Source of the DNA: the human T2T-CHM13v2.0 reference genome, Homo sapiens
Direction: 5' to 3' (one strand)
DNA length: 64,000 bases
Assembly (NCBI RefSeq): GCF_009914755.1
Contig: NC_060940.1
The notes under the pieces are model-generated. The model was not told where the DNA came from and made no database searches. It saw nothing but the letters and a program-made list of their open reading frames with translations. Position 1 is the first letter of the stretch, and the number at the start of each line of letters is the position of its first letter. This document shows, piece by piece, positions 61,492 to 64,000 of the stretch. A program made the position numbers and the translations under genes.

Positions 61492-61628
61492 CCTCCCCAG
61501 GACTGTTTCGGCCGGGGACCACAGCCGGCCCCAGGAACCTCCCCAGGACTGTCTCAGCCGGGGACCACAGTCGGCCCCAGGAACCTCCCCAGGACTGTCT
61601 CAGCCGGGGACCACAGTCGGCCCCAGGA
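61492..61628. repeat. 45-46-bp minisatellite, 3 copies (RHBDF1 intron 1)
   Basis: Unit CCTCCCCAGGACTGTCTCAGCCGGG(G)ACCACAGTCGGCCCCAGGAA. Confidence 0.93.
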
Positions 61629-64000
61629 GACAGCAGAGTGCTCAGCTCATGAAGGAGGCACCAGCCGCCATGCCTCTACATCCAGGTCTCCTGGGGTTCC
61701 CACCTCCACAAAAACCCCCACTGCTAGGAGTGCAGGCAGGAGGGGACCTGAGAACCGACAGTTATAGGTCCTGCGGGTGGGCAGTGCTGGGTGTTCTGGT
61801 CTGCCCCACCCCTGTGTGCCTAGATCCCCATCTGGGCCTCAAGTGGGTGGGATTCCAAAGGAAGAGCCGGAGTAGGCGTGGGGAGGGGCAGGCCCAGGCT
61901 GGACAAAGAGTCTGGCCAGGGAGCGGCACATTGCCCTCCCAGAGACAGTGGCTCAGTGTCCAGGCCTTCCCCAGGCGCACAGTGGGCTCTTGTTCCCAGA
62001 AAGCCCCTCGGGGGGATCCAAACAGTGTCTCCCCCACCCCGCTGACCCCTCAGTGTATGGGGAAACCGTGGCCCACGGAAGGCCTCACTGCCTGGGGTCA
62101 CACAGCATCTGAGTCACTGCAGCAGCCTCACAGCTGCCAGCCCAGGCCCAGCCCCATCAGGAGACACCCAAAGCCACAGTGCATCCCAGGACCAGCTGGG
62201 GGGGGCTGCGGGCAGGACTCTCGATGAGGCTGAGGGACGAGGAGGGTCAAGGGAGCCACTGGCGCCATGCATGCTGACGTCCCCTCTGGCTGCCTGCAGA
62301 GCCTGGTGTGGAAGGGCTGAGTGGGGGATGGTGGAGAGTCCTGTTAACTGAGGTTTCTGCTCTGGGGATGTCTGGGCACCCATCAAGCTGGCCGCGTGCA
62401 CAGGTGCAGGGAGAGCCAGAAAGCAGGAGCCGATGCAGGGAGGCCACTGGGGACAGCCCAGGCTGATGCTTGGGCCCCATGTGTCTCCACCACCTACAAC
62501 CCTAAGCAAGCCTCAGCTTTCCCATCTGGAAATCAGGGGTCACAGCCGTGCCTGGCACAGTAGCAGCGGCTGACTCCATCACAGGGTGGTGTAGCCTGTG
62601 GGTACTTGGCACTCTCTGAGGGGCAGGAGCTGGGGGGTGAAAGGACCCTAGAGCATATGCAACAAGAGGGCAGCCCTGGGGACACCTGGGGACAGAACCC
62701 TCCAAAGGTGTCGAGTTTGGGAAGAGACTAGAGAGAAGCTCTGGCCAGTCCAGGCATAGACAGTGGCCACAGCCAGTGGAGAGCTGCATCCTCAGGTGTG
62801 AGCAGCAACCACCTCTGTACTCAGGCCTGCCCTGCACACTCACAGGACCATGCTGGCAGGGACAACTGGCGGCGGAGTTGACTGCCAACCCCGGGGCCAG
62901 AACCATCAAGCCTGGGCTCTGCTCCGCCCAAGGAACTGCCTGCTGCCGAGGTCAGCTGGAGCAAGGGGCCTCACCCCGGGACACCTTCCCAGACGTGTCC
63001 TCAGCTCACATGAGCCTCATCCCAGGGGGATGTGGCTCCTCCAGCATCCCCACCCACACGCTGCTCTCTGACCCTCAGTCTTCTGTTTGACTCCTAATCT
63101 GAAGCTCAATCCTAGATCTCCCTTGAGAAGGGGGTCACCAGCTGTCTGGCAGCCCAGCCTCCAGGTCTTCTGGATTAATGAAGGGAAAGTCACCTGGCCT
63201 CTCTGCCTTGTCTATTAATGGCATCATGCTGAGAATGATATTTGCTAGGCCCTTTGCAAACCCCAAAGTGCTCTTCAACCCTCCCAGTGAAGCCTCTTCT
63301 TTTCTGTGGAAGAAATGAGGTTCAGGGTGGAGCAGGGCAGGCCTGAGACCTTTGCAGGGTTCTCTCCAGGTCCCCAGCAGGACAGACTGGCACCCTGCCT
63401 CCCCTCATCACCCTAGACAAGGAGACAGAACAAGAGGTTCCCTGCTACAGGCCATCTGTGAGGGAAGCCGCCCTAGGGCCTGTAGACACAGGAATCCCTG
63501 AGGACCTGACCTGTGAGGGTAGTGCACAAAGGGGCCAGCACTTGGCGGGGGGGGGGGCACTGCCCCAAGGCTCAGCTAGCAAATGTGGCACAGGGGTCAC
63601 CAGAGCTAAACCCCTGACTCAGTTGGGTCTGACAGGGGCTGACATGGCAGACACACCCAGGAATCAGGGGACACCAAGTGCAGCTCAGGGCACCTGTCCA
63701 GGCCACACAGTCAGAAAGGGGATGGCAGCAAGGACTTAGCTACACTAGATTCTGGGGGTAAACTGCCTGGTATGCTGGTCACTGCTAGTCCCCAGTCTGG
63801 AGTCTAGCTGGGTCTCAGGAGTTAGGCGAAAACACCCTCCCCAGGCTGCAGGTGGGAGAGGCCCACATCCCCTGCACACGTCTGGCCAGAGGACAGATGG
63901 GCAGCCCAGTCACCAGTCAGAGCCCTCCAGAGGTGTCCCTGACTGACCCTACACACATGCACCCAGGTGCCCAGGCACCCTTGGGCTCAGCAACCCTGCA

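Overview
This is the terminal 64 kb of a human chromosome arm. The gene order matches 16p13.3, the telomeric end of the alpha-globin arm. From the chromosome end inward it contains: (1) ~2.3 kb of (CCCTAA)n telomere with blocks of variant repeats; (2) TAR1 with the 37/29/61-bp CpG-rich repeats; (3) the DDX11L pseudogene (+), tail-to-tail with a 5'-truncated WASH paralogue (WASH4P, -) that hosts MIR6859; (4) an internal TCAGGG-rich degenerate telomere array fused to a broken L1PA 5' end; (5) an Alu/LTR-rich spacer; (6) an IL9R pseudogene (-); (7) a truncated, internally scrambled ERV1 provirus; (8) three intact genes: POLR3K (-, 108 aa), SNRNP25 (+, 132 aa, sharing a bidirectional CpG promoter with POLR3K) and RHBDF1/iRhom1 (-, 855 aa, non-coding exon 1 presumably beyond the window). 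This is a well-studied eukaryotic locus and I found no convincing wholly new system. The best leads are the fossil chromosome end at ~12.45-12.83 kb, with an L1 promoter pointing into a headless but fully in-frame WASH copy; a sharp divergence switch inside the IL9R pseudogene; the scrambled, 3'-deleted provirus; and an open acidic N-terminal extension of SNRNP25. Gene names and reference protein comparisons are from recall, not from a database search. Repeat boundaries are approximate.
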